From NCBI RefSeq assembly GCF_009914755.1, contig NC_060928.1: 64,000 nt of DNA; one strand, written 5' to 3'. The DNA is from the human T2T-CHM13v2.0 reference genome, Homo sapiens. The notes under the pieces are model-generated. The model did no database searches, had not been told where the DNA came from, and saw only the letters and a program-made list of their open reading frames with translations. Shown piece after piece: positions 33,045-47,425 of this stretch (positions are counted from its first letter, which is position 1; the number at the start of each line of letters is the position of its first letter). Both the position numbers and the translations under genes were made by a program.

Positions 33045-34760
33045 TTGACATTGGACATTTTAAGTTCTAACTTAAAGTTCTAACTAAAGTTCTAACCGCA
33101 AAAGCACAGACAATGTAAGCAAAAATAGACAAATTCGATTATAATCAAAATAAAAAGCTTACGCACACCAAAGAAAACGATTAAAGAGACAATCTGCAGG
33201 TTGGGAGAAAATATTTGCAAGCCATACATCTGATAAGGAGTTAATAGACAAAATTTATAAGGAACTCAAACAACTCTACAGAAAGAAAACAAATAGTCCA
33301 ATTAAAAAATGGGCACAGGAGGTGAATAGACATTTCTCAAAAGAAGACATACAAATAACCAATAAACTTATGAAAAAGTGTTCAACATCACTAATCATTA
33401 GGGAAATGGAAATTAAAACCACAATGAGATATCACCTCACACCTGCTAGAATGGCTACTACAGAAAAGAGGAAATGTAACAGATGTTAGAGAGGATGTGT
33501 AGAAAAGGGAACACTTGCACACTGTTGTAGGAATGTAAATTAGTGTAGCCATTATGGAAAACTTATAAGTTTCTCAACAAAAATAAAAATAAAATTGCAT
33601 ATGACCTAGCAATCTCACATCTGGGTATTTACTGAAAAGACTTGAAATTTGTATATTGAAGAGATGTCTGCATTTCCATGTTCATTGCAGCACTTTTTGC
33701 AATAGTCAAGTTTCGGAATCAACCTAAGTGTCTATCAACAGATAAATGGATAAAGAAAATATAGTATATATACACAGTAGAATACTATTCTACCTTAAAG
33801 AAAAGAAACTTTTTTATTTGAAGCAACAAAGATGGAATTGGAGAACATTATGCTAAGTGAAATAAGCCTGGCACAGAAAGACAAATATTACATGTTTCAC
33901 TTATTTGTGGAATCTAAAACAATCAAACTCAAATAAGCAGATAGTAGAACAGTGGTTACCAGAGGCTGGGGATGGTAAAGGGATGAGGATATCATGGTCA
34001 AACAGTACAAAGACTCAACTGGACAGGAGAATAAGGTTTCTTTAAGATATACTGCACAGCATGGTGAATATAGTAAAAAATGTATTATACTTTTCAAAAT
34101 TGCCAAAAGAATACATTTCAACCATTCTCAAGACAAAAAAATAATGATTTTAGGTGATTGGTGTGTGAATTACCATGATCTAATTATTCCACATTGAATT
34201 CATAAATCATAACATCACTTTGTACCCAATAAATAAGACAACTATAATTTATCAATTTATAATTAATAATTTGTTAATAAATAAGACAGGCAAAAGATTT
34301 GAGTGCACATTTCACCAAAGAAAATATGTGAATGGGCATAAACACATGAAAAGATTATCAGAATCATTAGTCATTAGTGAAATGCAAATTAAAACCACAA
34401 TGAGAAGCCACTTAACACACACTAGAATAACTATAATAAAAATGACCAGCGATAAAATATGTCCATGAAGATGTGGCTAAATGAGGGCCCTTTACAATGC
34501 TGATGGAAATATAAAATAGTATCACTGCTTTGGAAAATAGTTTGGCCTTTTCTTAAAACTGATAAATATGAATACATCATGCAATTTAATGATACTATTC
34601 TTAGGTTTCTATCCCATATATTAGTATATGGATAGACAAAATGTACTATATCTATATGGAGAAACACTATTTCATAATAAAAAAGAACAAATACTAATAG
34701 ATGATACATCATGGATGAACTTCCACAACATTATGCTACATGAAAAAAGCCAGTGAATGA
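33045..34760 (+). mobile_element. L1MA 3' region followed by an older L1M fragment
   Basis: gggagaaaatatttgcaagccatacatctgataagg...attatgctaagtgaaataagcc... Confidence 0.85.
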
Positions 34761-34769
34761 GTTTATATA

Positions 34770-34958
34770 TAACCCCCACACTCCCAGTCTTCAGATTAAA
34801 ATGTAGCTCCAGCTGACAGCTTTTGTCTGCAACCTCAACACAGACCTTTAGCCAAAAGCACCCAGTTAAGCCTCATCCCACAGAAACTTGTGATAATCAG
34901 TTTGTTGTTTTAAGCCACGACATTTTGGGAAACCTTGTTATGCAACAATAACTAATAC
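34770..34958 (+). mobile_element. MLT1 LTR 3' fragment
   Basis: cccacagaaac...gttgttttaagccac...ttgttatgcaacaataactaataca. Confidence 0.65.
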
Positions 34959-35067
34959 ACTACCCCTGTGAAATTTCTATATTGTGCTTATTCTCTTTCA
35001 TAAAATGTGTTGAGTAACCACCTAGCTCAATCTGTAATCTCAATTATTCTTAAGAGATAGGAATTAT

Positions 35068-35346
<279 letters not shown>

Positions 35347-36099
35347 TTATCTATTCCTTCAGGATTGTACATAAAATCTTGCGAGTTCTAGCACCTTTTT
35401 GATGTAAAAGGATAGAACATTGACCACTTGTAAGTTTGTTTTGGTCAATATTATTCATTTGTATTTCCCTAAAAGTGTCCATTTCATTCACATATTCAGG
35501 ATAGAGGGTTTAAAGGATGCTATCATGATATCAAAGCTCTTCTCTATCTGTAGTTTATGTTCCTTTTCTTCCCTGTATTATTTTTTTTTTCTCTTTTTCT
35601 CATGATGTTTTCCTAAGACTCAACTAATATATGAATCTTCCCATAAACTACCTAGTGGTCTTACTAAATAACTCTACAATGTTTCTTGCTTTGTTTTGTT
35701 TCTTATTTATGTGTGATATTAGTTTTGTTTATTGCCTCCTATTTTGTTTCAGGTTTTTCTTCTTTTTATTTTGTTATTTATTTCGATTCTTCAGTTGAGC
35801 AGTACGCTGCTTTCATACTTTCATGAATTCTAGTAAATGTCTTGAAAACCATAAATGTCCCTTTTTATACCACTTTGGCTGCAATCCACAGGATTTCATT
35901 TATAGTGCTTTCCGTTTCTTCAGATCTAATTATTTTGTATTCATTTTTATGTATGCCTTAGCCCAAGTGTTATGTAGGAATGTGTTGTGTTTTAATATCT
36001 CTGTGTATGAATTTGGGAATATATCTTATTGTTATTGATTTCTGATATTAGCAACTTGCTGCAGGGAGCATGCCGTTTTCAATATCAATTTTATTTTAG

Positions 36100-37250
<1,151 letters not shown>

Positions 37251-38352
37251 TCATTTACACAGAGAGAGAGAGCAACCTTGTGCCAATATGCTTCTCATAG
37301 CTATGGAGAGAATCTATCTATAGACTTGATCAACTCAAGTGCAGAAAGAGAAAAAAAAATTGCCTCCTAACAACTGATGGAGTGATTTTACTCATTTCTT
37401 TTGACCTTATGTCTATCATTTATTTTTACCCTATTTTCTATCTTTTTCTCTTATTTTGCTAGTTGAACAAAGTTATTATCCATTTTTTACCTATACTGGA
37501 AAATAGTCTATACTAAGATTCTCCTTTCAATTAACAACATATTGAACTAAATGTTTCACTCGCTCCATTTAAGTTAAGCACACCTGCAACTCCAGCAGCC
37601 ACTTGGGTCAGGAGACCTAGCCAGAAATTGATTTGGAAATAGTAGAGAAGCCCCTTGGGACAATCTCATAACATTTAAATAGTGAAAGTATAAACAAAAA
37701 ACAATGCCCAACAATGAAAGGATGATTACATAAATATATTATGAAATATCCATAATATGGAATATTATGCAGAAAGTGAAAATTACTGTTTTGGAGTATT
37801 TGAAAATAGTATAGGAAAATATTTACAATAAAGTAATACTTATTAAATAAATAAAACTATAGGTGAATCACAAGAATAAGAGAGAGAGAAATTTAATGGA
37901 AAGTAAATAAACTAAAATAGTAATGATCTTTTAAGTGATCAAGTAATGTGTTATATCTATTATCATGATAATCTTAGTTTTTCCAATTTTACATGAAATA
38001 ATATTTAGGAATCAATAAAAATAAAATATACTTATAGGATATAGACATATATGTGTTTGTCTACTCTTATACAGAGAAAAACTTGTGAGTGATTTAGCAA
38101 AAGTATATTCAATGGAAAGCTGAGGAAAAATGTCAGCCACCTGTGGGGTAAGAAGTGAATGAAAGATAAAATGGAAATGAAGCATAGAGACTATGGTTTT
38201 CCTGAGGGGGAAAGGGAAAAGCTAGGGCATTCATTAAAAAAACAAACTAAATACAGGAAAGACAATTTTGTGTTTTGTTTTTAACGTGGCAGGAACTTGA
38301 GGATATTGACAGACTTAAAGTAAGGAAAACAATGGATGTAGAAAGCGGGCAG

Positions 38353-38655
38353 CAGCCGGGCACATAGCTCACTGCTGTAATCCCAGCACTTTGGGAGGCA
38401 GAGGCAGGCAGATCACTTGAGGCCAAGAGTTCAAGACCAGCCTGGCCAACATGGTGAAACTTCATCTCTACCAAAAATAGAAAAATTAGCTGGGTGTGGT
38501 GGCACACACCTGTAATCCCAGCTACAGGGGAGGTTGAGGCAGGAGATTCACTTGAACCTGGAGGTGGAGGTTGCAGTGAGCTCAGATCACGCTGCTGCCC
38601 TCCAGCCTGAGTGACAGAGTGAGACTCTGTCTCAAATAAATAAATAAATAAGAAA
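38353..38655 (+). mobile_element. AluS
   Basis: Alu body with (TAAA)n tail. Confidence 0.92.
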
Positions 38656-39163
38656 AAGAAAACCGGCAGCAACAAGAAGAAAAATAGATAATTAATGCCT
38701 CAAAGTCTCCAAAGCTGTCAGTACTGCTGAAGGCAGGAAAGGAAGGTAAACAATGAATACTTGATTATAAATTGTCTATTGAAAATCTGGTGCCTTCCTG
38801 GAGAGTTAGGTGCAATAAAACGCCATAATTTCTCGGTCAAATTTAATTATCTAATGGTAAATTACCTTCTTTCTTCTTTTACTGTGACAGCTTATATTTG
38901 ATAGCTTGATAGCTATCTGATTTTCTTCTTGGTGTTCTTTTAAGGAAAGTCATTGGTCAAAGCACTTTATCTTTCTTTGCTGAAGCCCTCTGCAATCTAA
39001 GCCATCTTTCAATGCTCATCTGGTACCTACTGGTCCACCCCCAGAATGCAGTGAACCTTTCTCTGACCCTTCTTTGATATCCGTGATTGGTAGCCCATGG
39101 ATTACACAATGTTCTTGGGCTTCCTGGGCAGAATTCCAAGCCTGCCTCCTGGCTCCAAATCTC

Positions 39164-39243
39164 TTAGGTTGGTGCAAACGTAATTGCGATTTTTGCCATT
39201 GAAAGTAATGGCAAAAACCACAATTACGTTTGCACCAACCTAC
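39164..39243 (-). mobile_element. Made1 MITE (Hsmar1-derived 80-bp palindrome)
   Basis: ttaggttggtgcaaacgtaattgcgatttttgccatt gaaagt aatggcaaaaaccacaattacgtttgcaccaacctac: two 37-bp inverted arms with a 6-bp spacer. Confidence 0.95.
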
Positions 39244-39964
39244 AAGAGGCTGGCAAACAAATGTTCATAGAAAATATCAAGCAGTGAAAATTATGCCCTT
39301 AGTGTTCCATAAAGGATTTCAATTATTTGTTCTCATAAATTGTATTGCTTTGCAGTGTAAACTGTACTTCCAAAGCTTTTCCTCGTGATCAAGAAAGAAA
39401 TAATTCCCAGAGAGGTGAGAAAAATCAGTAAATTCTGGATTCTGGATCAGAGATGCTAATGATCCTAGGCCATTCTGGCTTCAGTAAATGGAGCAGTCAG
39501 CAATAACCAGCACAATGACACTAAGATCCCCCTTTGAGTTTCTAGGGTGCTGGCAGAGGCTTGTGCCCAGGCACCGCTGCCCCAGCAACTCAGGAGGAAG
39601 GACCTGAATGGAGGTTTAGGAAAAAACATCCCCAGAGCTTTCATGCCCCTCACTGGCCCTCCTTAGGCTAAGACTTGGGAAGTTTGCCTCTTCCAAGACC
39701 TCCCCATCCCTGACTCAAGATTTCATTTTCAAAGTCTCTAAAGGCAGGGAAGACCTTCTGAAATAATGTAACCAAGTGTTCCATTCACTAACACTCTGAA
39801 GTATTATAGAAGTAGCACCAAGAAGAAGCCATGGAAGAAAGAGAACTTCCTTCTTGGTACTGAGAAAAGTTACTTCACCTGTAGTGACACCATCTAGAAA
39901 GGAATGAAGGTCAAGTAAGACCACGAATGTGCATGTACTTTGCAGTTTCTGAAGTTGATATTCT

Positions 39965-40272
<308 letters not shown>

Positions 40273-41073
40273 AGTTTACTCATACCCTCTTTAAGCATTC
40301 CCTACGGCACCCAAAGTATTCTGGTGTTTATGTTCATTTCCTTAGTGTCTAAGAAGTAATTTGTGCCTCTTTGCCAGAAATATGCTCGTGTTGCATTGCC
40401 GTTTCTTTGTATATATTACTTGCTTTCCGAAGTGTATTATGGGTTCCCTAAGGCCCACTTTTCTTTCTTTAATTCTTCTCATATTACACATAACTGATGT
40501 GCAAACAATTTGTGTGAACTTAGATTTCAATAGAAAAATTAGTTTATCTCATTTGATCGATTGGACAGAAAGATAATCAAATAAAAGTTGTTCTGTATCT
40601 CACTAGTCTGTTTATAATTTCATATTTAATTCCATTGCTTAAGCATGCTAACACACGGTGCCAAAATATTAATAAATAGGCATGCTGTTGTATTACGTGC
40701 TTCTTCCTATTATCAGAAAAATAAAATGAATGCTTTTCCTCTATAACTGCTTCCTTAACTTTTACAGTTCCTCCAGAATGCATAAGACAATGCTGATATT
40801 TCAAGTCTCTCTCCTGCCTTTGCCATGGCTGTGCTTTCTACTACCTTTGCACACACCCTCTTGACCTTTGATAAATGTACTTTAAATGACTGATAGTCGT
40901 GATGATTGCATGCTTTCTCCTGATATAAAATCTCCTTGAAACACAGAAATGTTCTTGCTCCTGAAAGGTTCAATAATCACTCAACAACTCACCTCTTCAG
41001 AGAACTGAATGTACACAGAAGTCCTCTTCATCTCAGCTACTGATTCTCTCTAACCTGCTTTACCTATTCAACC

Positions 41074-41131
41074 ATGAGGGTCTTGTTTTTTGTCTTTGGA
41101 GTCCTTTCCTTGATGTTCACAGTTCCTCCAG
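41074..41131 (+). CDS. DEFB131A: Beta-defensin 131A, coding exon 1 (signal peptide)
   Basis: tcaaccATG; MRVLFFVFGVLSLMFTVPP plus one base (phase 1), then canonical GTAAG donor at 41132; 58 nt. Confidence 0.95.
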
Positions 41132-41332
41132 GTAAGACAAAACTTTTTTATTCCAAAGTTCTAAAAATATAAGTAAAAGAAAATGCAAGGTCTTTCAAGA
41201 GTCTGAAAATAAAATAGGCATGGGCAGATTTTACTGTACCATGAAGGCTGCTCAGAGGATTGAAGAGTTGATACTAAAGAAATAAATAAGGTGGTTCACT
41301 GCAGTGATTTAACCTATGATAAACTCACTTGA

Positions 41333-41640
41333 GGCCGGGCACAGTGGCTCATGTCTATAATCCCAGCACTTGGGGAGTTTGAGGTGGGTGAGCACAGGAG
41401 TTCTAGACCGACCTGGTGGGGGCAACAGGGTGAAACCCCATCTCTCCAAAAAAAAAAAAAATACAAAAAATTAATCAGGTATAGTGGCGCGTGTCTGTGG
41501 TTCTGGCTACTCAGGAAGCTTAGGCAGGATCGCTCGAGCCTGAGATGTCAAGGCTGCATTCAGCTTAGGTCATGCCACTGCACACCAGCCTGGGCAACAG
41601 AGTGAGACCCTGTCTCAAAAAATAATAATAATAAAAAATA
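41333..41640 (+). mobile_element. AluJ-like in DEFB131A intron
   Basis: Diverged Alu, caggatcgctcgagcct...caaggctgca; TSD-like taaact(c/t)acttga. Confidence 0.88.
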
Positions 41641-42229
41641 AACTTACTTGAGAGTTATGTTTGATCAAAAGATGGTGAGAGGATGCACACAGAACACAGG
41701 AAATTTAAAGAATTGGAAAAAGGAAAAGTGAATGATGACTAGAAGAAGGGCTAGAGGTGAAGAGGTGGATACTCCACCATAATCCTTGGTTCACAGGATA
41801 AATTCACCACTGATCCAGGCAAGGACCTAGCCTCTGTGTTCCTTTAAAGTTGAATAAAACTCATATGATATCATTTAATGTATATGGAAATTACTTTTTG
41901 TATGGTGAGAGTTAAGATTCCACCTTAATTTTTAACCACATAACTAGCCAATTATATATAAGCATATTAATTAAATAATCAATACGACTTTCCCACATTA
42001 ATTTTAAAATTCATCAATACCCCATAATAAAAACATATTAAACTGTGGTTCATACCTGAGATTTAGATTACTGGTTGACTTACTGATCATTTCTGAAGCA
42101 CATTTTAATACTTCACAATTCAAGATTCCCTCATTTATATAATACTTCATGATTCAAGATTCCCTTATTTATATAATTATAAATAATTATGCCTTTCCTC
42201 CATGAATGTTAGTGGGTTTTTTATATTTT

Positions 42230-45200
42230 TATGAGATACAATTTACCATAAAATTCATTGCCTTAAAGTGTTCTATTCAGTGGTTATCAGTGTATTCTTA
42301 AAATTGTGCACCCCTCACCATTATCTAATTCCAGAATATGTTTATAACCGCAAGAAGAAATCTCTCCTCCTCCCAGTCCCTAGCAACCACTGATCTAATT
42401 TTTGTCTCTATGTATATTCCTATTCTGGACATTTACTATGAACAGAATAAGAAATATGTGATCCTTCATGTCTGCCTTCTTTTATTTAGCATAATGTTTT
42501 CAAGATTCATCCATGTTGTGGCGTAGATTCGTACTTCATTCCTTCATTCAGTGGTCATCAGTATATCCCACTCTAAGAATCCACTGATACTCACTAAATG
42601 GAACACTCTAAAAGAATGAATTTTATAGTAAATTCTATCTCAATAAAAATATAAAACACCAACATTCATGGAGGAAAAGTATAATTCTGTATAATTATAT
42701 AAATGATAGAATCTTGAAATAAATTTTAAAATGTGCTCGGAGGTAATATGAGCCTCAGAAAAGATAAATAAGTCAATTGATAATCTAAATCTCAGGTATA
42801 AACCACAGTTTAATATGATTTATTATAAAGTATTGGTGGATTTTAAAATTAATTTGGGAAAGTTAGATTGATTATTGGTGTTGGTAAAAAAAAATTCATC
42901 GTATGGATTATTTAGCATATGGTTGTTTATAACAGACTAATGATCCATTGTATTTCTTTTATATCAGTTGTAATGTCTCCTGTTTTATTTCCGATTTTAT
43001 TTATTTGGCATTCTCTCTTTTGTTCTTGGTTAGTCTAGCTAGCAGTTTATAAAGTCTGTTTATCTCTTCCAAAAGTCAACTTTTTGTTTCATTAATTCTT
43101 TGCATTTTTTAAATCTCGAATTCACTTAGTCCTGCTCTGATTTTTATTATTTCTTTCCTTCTCCTAAGTTTGGATTTCATTTTTTCTTGTTTTTCTTGTT
43201 CCTTGAGGTGCATAGTAGCTTGTTTATAATATTACCATGTTCTTGCAGTAGGCATTTATTGCTATAAAATTCTCTCTTAGCACTGTCTTTGTTGTATTCC
43301 ATAGGTTTTGGTATGTTGTGTTTCCATTTGCATATATTTCAAGAACATTTGTTATTTTCTTCTTTGTTTTTTCATTGACTCAATGGTTGTTCAGAAGCAT
43401 GTTGTTTAATTTCCATGTTATCTGTATCGTTTCCAAAGTTCTTCCTAGTATTCATTTCTAGTTCTATTCTATTTTTGTCTAGAATATACTTGATATAATG
43501 TTGATTTTTCAAAATTTGTTGAAACTTGTTTTGTGTCTTAACATATGGTCTAGCTTGGAGAATGTTCTATGTGATGAGGAGAAGAATGTGTACTCCACAG
43601 CTATTGGATGAAATGTTCTGTAAATGTCTGTTAAGTCTATTTGGTCTGCGGTACAGATTAAATTCAATGATTATTTGTTAGCTTTCTACCTAGATGATCT
43701 GTTCAATGCTGAAAGTGGGATATTGAAGCCCTCAGTTATCATGATGTTGAGGTGTATCTCTCTCTTTAGCTCTAATGACATTTTTAATATATCTAAGCAT
43801 TCCACTACTTGGTACATATATATACATATTTGGAATTTTTATATCCTCTTGCTGAATTGGCCCTTTTATCATTATATGATGACCTTCTTTGTCTCTTTTT
43901 ATGTTTTTTCACTTAAAGTCAATTTTGTCCAATATAAATATAGATGTATTAGGCCATTCTTGCATTGCTATAGGGTTATTATAATAAAGTACCACAGAAT
44001 GGGTGCCTTAAATAACAAAAGTTCATTTTCTCACAGTTCTGGAAGTTATAATTCTAAGATCAAGATGTCAGCACATTTGGTTTCTCCTGAGGCCTGTCTT
44101 GGCTTGCAGCTGCTTGCCTTCTTGCCATGTCCTCTTATGGCATTTTTTCTGTGCACATGCATTCCTGGTGTCTCTTCCTCTTCTAATAAGGACATCAGCC
44201 ATATTGCATGAGGGCCATACCCTGGGAGTCTCATTTTAGCTTTATCAGTCCTTAAAAAAAAAAAAAAAAACTTATCTTCAAATATGATTACATTCTGAGA
44301 TACTGAAGATTGGGACTTCAACATACAAATTTTGGAGGAACACTTGTTAGCCCATAACGATGAATTCCTCAGTAGACTGATGTGATCAAGGAAAGAATCA
44401 GTGAGCTTAAAGAAGTTTAAATAGCAACTTCCAAAACTTAAAAGCAAAGAAAAAAGAATTAAAAAGAACAGAATATTTAATAAGTGTAGGCCAATTACAA
44501 AAGGAACAATATATGTGTAATGAAATATCAGGAGGAGGGGAAAGAAAGGAACAGAAGAAATATTTGAAGAAATTCTGACTGAGATTTTCCCGAAATTGAA
44601 AATAAGCAAAATGTACATATCTAGGAAGCTGAGAGAATAACACGCAAGATAAATACAAAAAATTTAAACATAGGCATATTATATTGAAACTGCCAAAAAT
44701 CAAAGACAAAAAAAAAAAATCTTAAAAGAAGCCAGGAGGGAAGAAATCTTTATCTATGGACAACCAAGGATAAGAATTACATCAGACTTCTCTTAAACCA
44801 CATAAGCAAAAAGAGAGGAAAGCGAAATATTTAAAATGTTATAAAAGAAAAAAAAAAGAACACTATCTTAAAACTCTCTACTTAGTAAAATTATCTCTTT
44901 TTTTTAGACAGTCTCACTTTGTCACCCAGGCTGGAGTGCAGTGGCAGTGACCTTGGCTCACTGCAGCCTCTGCCTCCTGGGTTCAAGCAATCTCGTGCCT
45001 CAGCCAGCCACCACCATGCCTGGCTAATTTTGTATTTTTAGTAGAGACTGGATTCCGCTAGGTTAGCCAGGCTGGTCTCGAACTCCTGACCTCAGGTGAT
45101 CCGCCCGCCTTGGCCTCCCAAAGTACCAGGATTAAAGGTGCAGGCCACCGCACCCAGCCTACCCTTTAAATTAAGGTAAAAATACATAATTTTCTTAGGT

Positions 45201-46320
45201 AAACAAAAATAGAGTTTGTCACCAGTAGTCCTACCTTACAATAAAAGTAAAAAGAAATTCTTCGCTCATACTCAATGGTGAAAAACTAAAAGCTTTTCTT
45301 CCAAGATCAGGAACAAGGCAAATGTGCCCCTTCTTGCCACATTTATTTAACATGATACTAAAAGTTCTAGCAAGAACAATTAGGCAAGAAAAGGAAATAA
45401 ATGGCATCCAAACAGTTGGGGGGTGGGAATGAGTAAAATCATCTATTTCCAAATGACATAATTTTTTTGTAAAAAACTCTAAACTTCACTCTCCCAAAAT
45501 TATTACAACTAATAACAAATTCAGTAAAGTTGCAGGATAGAAAATCAACATACAAATATCAGTTGTGTTTCTATAGCACTAACAACAAGCACTGGAAAGC
45601 AAGTAAAGAAAATCCCATTCATAATAGCAAGAAAAAGATAAGACACTTAAGAATAAACTTAACAAAAAGATGAAAGACTGGTACATTAAAAATTGCAGAC
45701 ATTCATGAAAGAAATTAAAGAAGACACAAATCAGTGGAAAGATATCCTATGTTCATGAATTGGAAGACATGATAATATTAAAATATCCATACTATTCAAA
45801 GCAATTTATAGATTATATACAATCCCTATCAAAATCCTAATGGCACTCTTGACAGAAATAGGAAAAACAATCTTAAAATTCATATAAAACCACAAAGGAC
45901 CCAGAATAGTCAAAACAATGAGCAAGAAAAAGAAAGCTAGGGGCATCACATTTTCTAATTTCAAAATGTATTATAAAGATAGAGTAATCAAAACTGTGTG
46001 CTACTGGCATAAAGACAGACATATAGGCCACTGGAAGAGAATAGAGGACCCAGAAATCAACCGACACTTACACAGTCCACTGGCCTTCAACAAACATGTG
46101 AAGAATATATAATGGGGAAAAGACGGTTTCTTCAATACTTCGTACTGAGAAAACTGAATATTCACATGCAAAAGAATAAAACTGGGCCTGTATCTTACAC
46201 TACACACAAAAAGCAACTCAAAATGAACTACACATTTAAACATAATTACCTGAAACTGTAAAACTTATAGAAGAAAACATAAGGAGAACCTTTCATGATG
46301 TTGGTCATGGCAATTATTTT
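42230..46320. mobile_element. Mixed L1M fragments (both strands) with an MLT1 LTR at ~43945-44360
   Basis: L1MB 3' end (-) 42230-42545; L1M ORF2 (-) 42930-43940; MLT1 gggtgccttaaataacaaaag...ctcacagttctggaag; L1MA ORF2 (+) 45260-46320 (YWHKDRHIGHWKRIEDPEI). Confidence 0.75.
44897..45159 (-). mobile_element. AluS with internal deletion
   Basis: Poly-T, agacagtctcac...ctcgaactcctgacctcaggtgatccgcccgcc. Confidence 0.9.
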
Positions 46321-47033
46321 AACTTATAAATTGTAACAAAAGGATTTGGGAAGGACTGGTAGGTTTAAAGGGAATATTTATGGGAGATTATGGGTTATAG
46401 GCTCCTGTGCATATCTCAGTAACTTTCTCAATAAAGGAGACATGGCCTTGAGCCCGAATACGCTGGGAAGCTGGAACTAAGACTCAACTCCTTCTGACCC
46501 TTCTCTCATTTAAGGATTCTTTTTTCTCATTTCACCAAAAACAGAGAAGCAACCAAAGACAGCTTTTCCACTTTCCCACCACCATATCTCTTCATATAGT
46601 TTTATATTTATCCATAATCTACCTTCTCTTCACTCTCTGATTCAAGGCCAACCCCTCTACTTACACTAGATTACATCCCCAATGACTTTCTCAAGAATTT
46701 AACTCCAGAAGTTAAACATTATTTCCTGCATTATGAATCTCTACACCACCCCCAAGCTGGATAATTCATTTTAGGTAGAAATATGTGGTAATAGTTCTCA
46801 TTTAAAATTCTGTGCATTTCCAGCTACTGCCTCATTTATCTACTCTCTTTATAGAAGAAATCATCGCTTGTCTTTATTCAGCATCTCCACGTTTTCTCTT
46901 GCATTTTTTGCTGTTGATTTTGTTTTTCTGGGAAAGTTCTGTAATGTTTTTAATTTATTATAAAACATTTCAGACATTTAACAATAAAAAGTAAGTAATA
47001 TTGTGTCATATAATTTGTCTTCTCTTTTTAAAG

Positions 47034-47188
47034 CCAGAAGCTTCATTTCTAATGATGAATGTCCTTCAGAATATTATCATTGCAGACTGAAGTGCAATGC
47101 TGATGAACATGCAATTAGATACTGTGCTGACTTCAGCATCTGCTGCAAACTGAAGATCATTGAAATTGACGGACAAAAGAAGTGGTGA
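47034..47188 (+). CDS. DEFB131A: Beta-defensin 131A, coding exon 2 (mature peptide)
   Basis: Acceptor tcttctctttttaaag; joined with exon 1 gives 213 nt, 70 aa: [70 protein letters not shown]; motif C-x6-C-x3-C-x9-C-x5-CC. Confidence 0.95.
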
Positions 47189-47425
47189 AAATTCTAACTC
47201 CATCTTCTTCAGACTCCGGGACAAAAAACATGTCTTAAACTCTCTTATCTATGAATAATTAACATGATAGATGAAAATTATTATAATTGCATGTTTAGAT
47301 GGTCAGGTGAAAATGAATATAAATTTTATAAATGCTTCCACTCTATTTTCATTTGTGCATTTTAACATTTACTACCTTAATTTACATCCACAGCCACATT
47401 GTTGTTTCACCCATAGTACTATATC

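Larger units (their letters stand above)
30135..33045 (-). mobile_element. L1PA/PB ORF1 and ORF2 endonuclease region, with nested L1PA and THE1
   Basis: Reverse ORFs KKAGVAILISDKTDFKPT...ILNIYAP...VGDFNTSL and DIYRTVHPTTEYTFFS. Confidence 0.88.

Noticed and set aside
39877-39940. Possible decayed defensin signal exon on the - strand (ATG ... ACAG|GT, 56 nt)
   Set aside because: Early in-frame stop, weak donor, and no six-cysteine exon found downstream in any frame (checked 38960-39145).
43624-44618. 195-aa and 190-aa ORFs in the DEFB131A intron
   Set aside because: Antisense L1M and MLT1 read-through.
41333-45159. Inverted Alu pair in the DEFB131A intron as an editing substrate
   Set aside because: Different subfamilies, diverged and over 3 kb apart; ordinary for human introns.
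47003-47033. ORF-track N-terminus [10 protein letters not shown] of the 47003-47188 ORF
   Set aside because: Intronic polypyrimidine tract; the true N-terminus comes from exon 1 at 41074.
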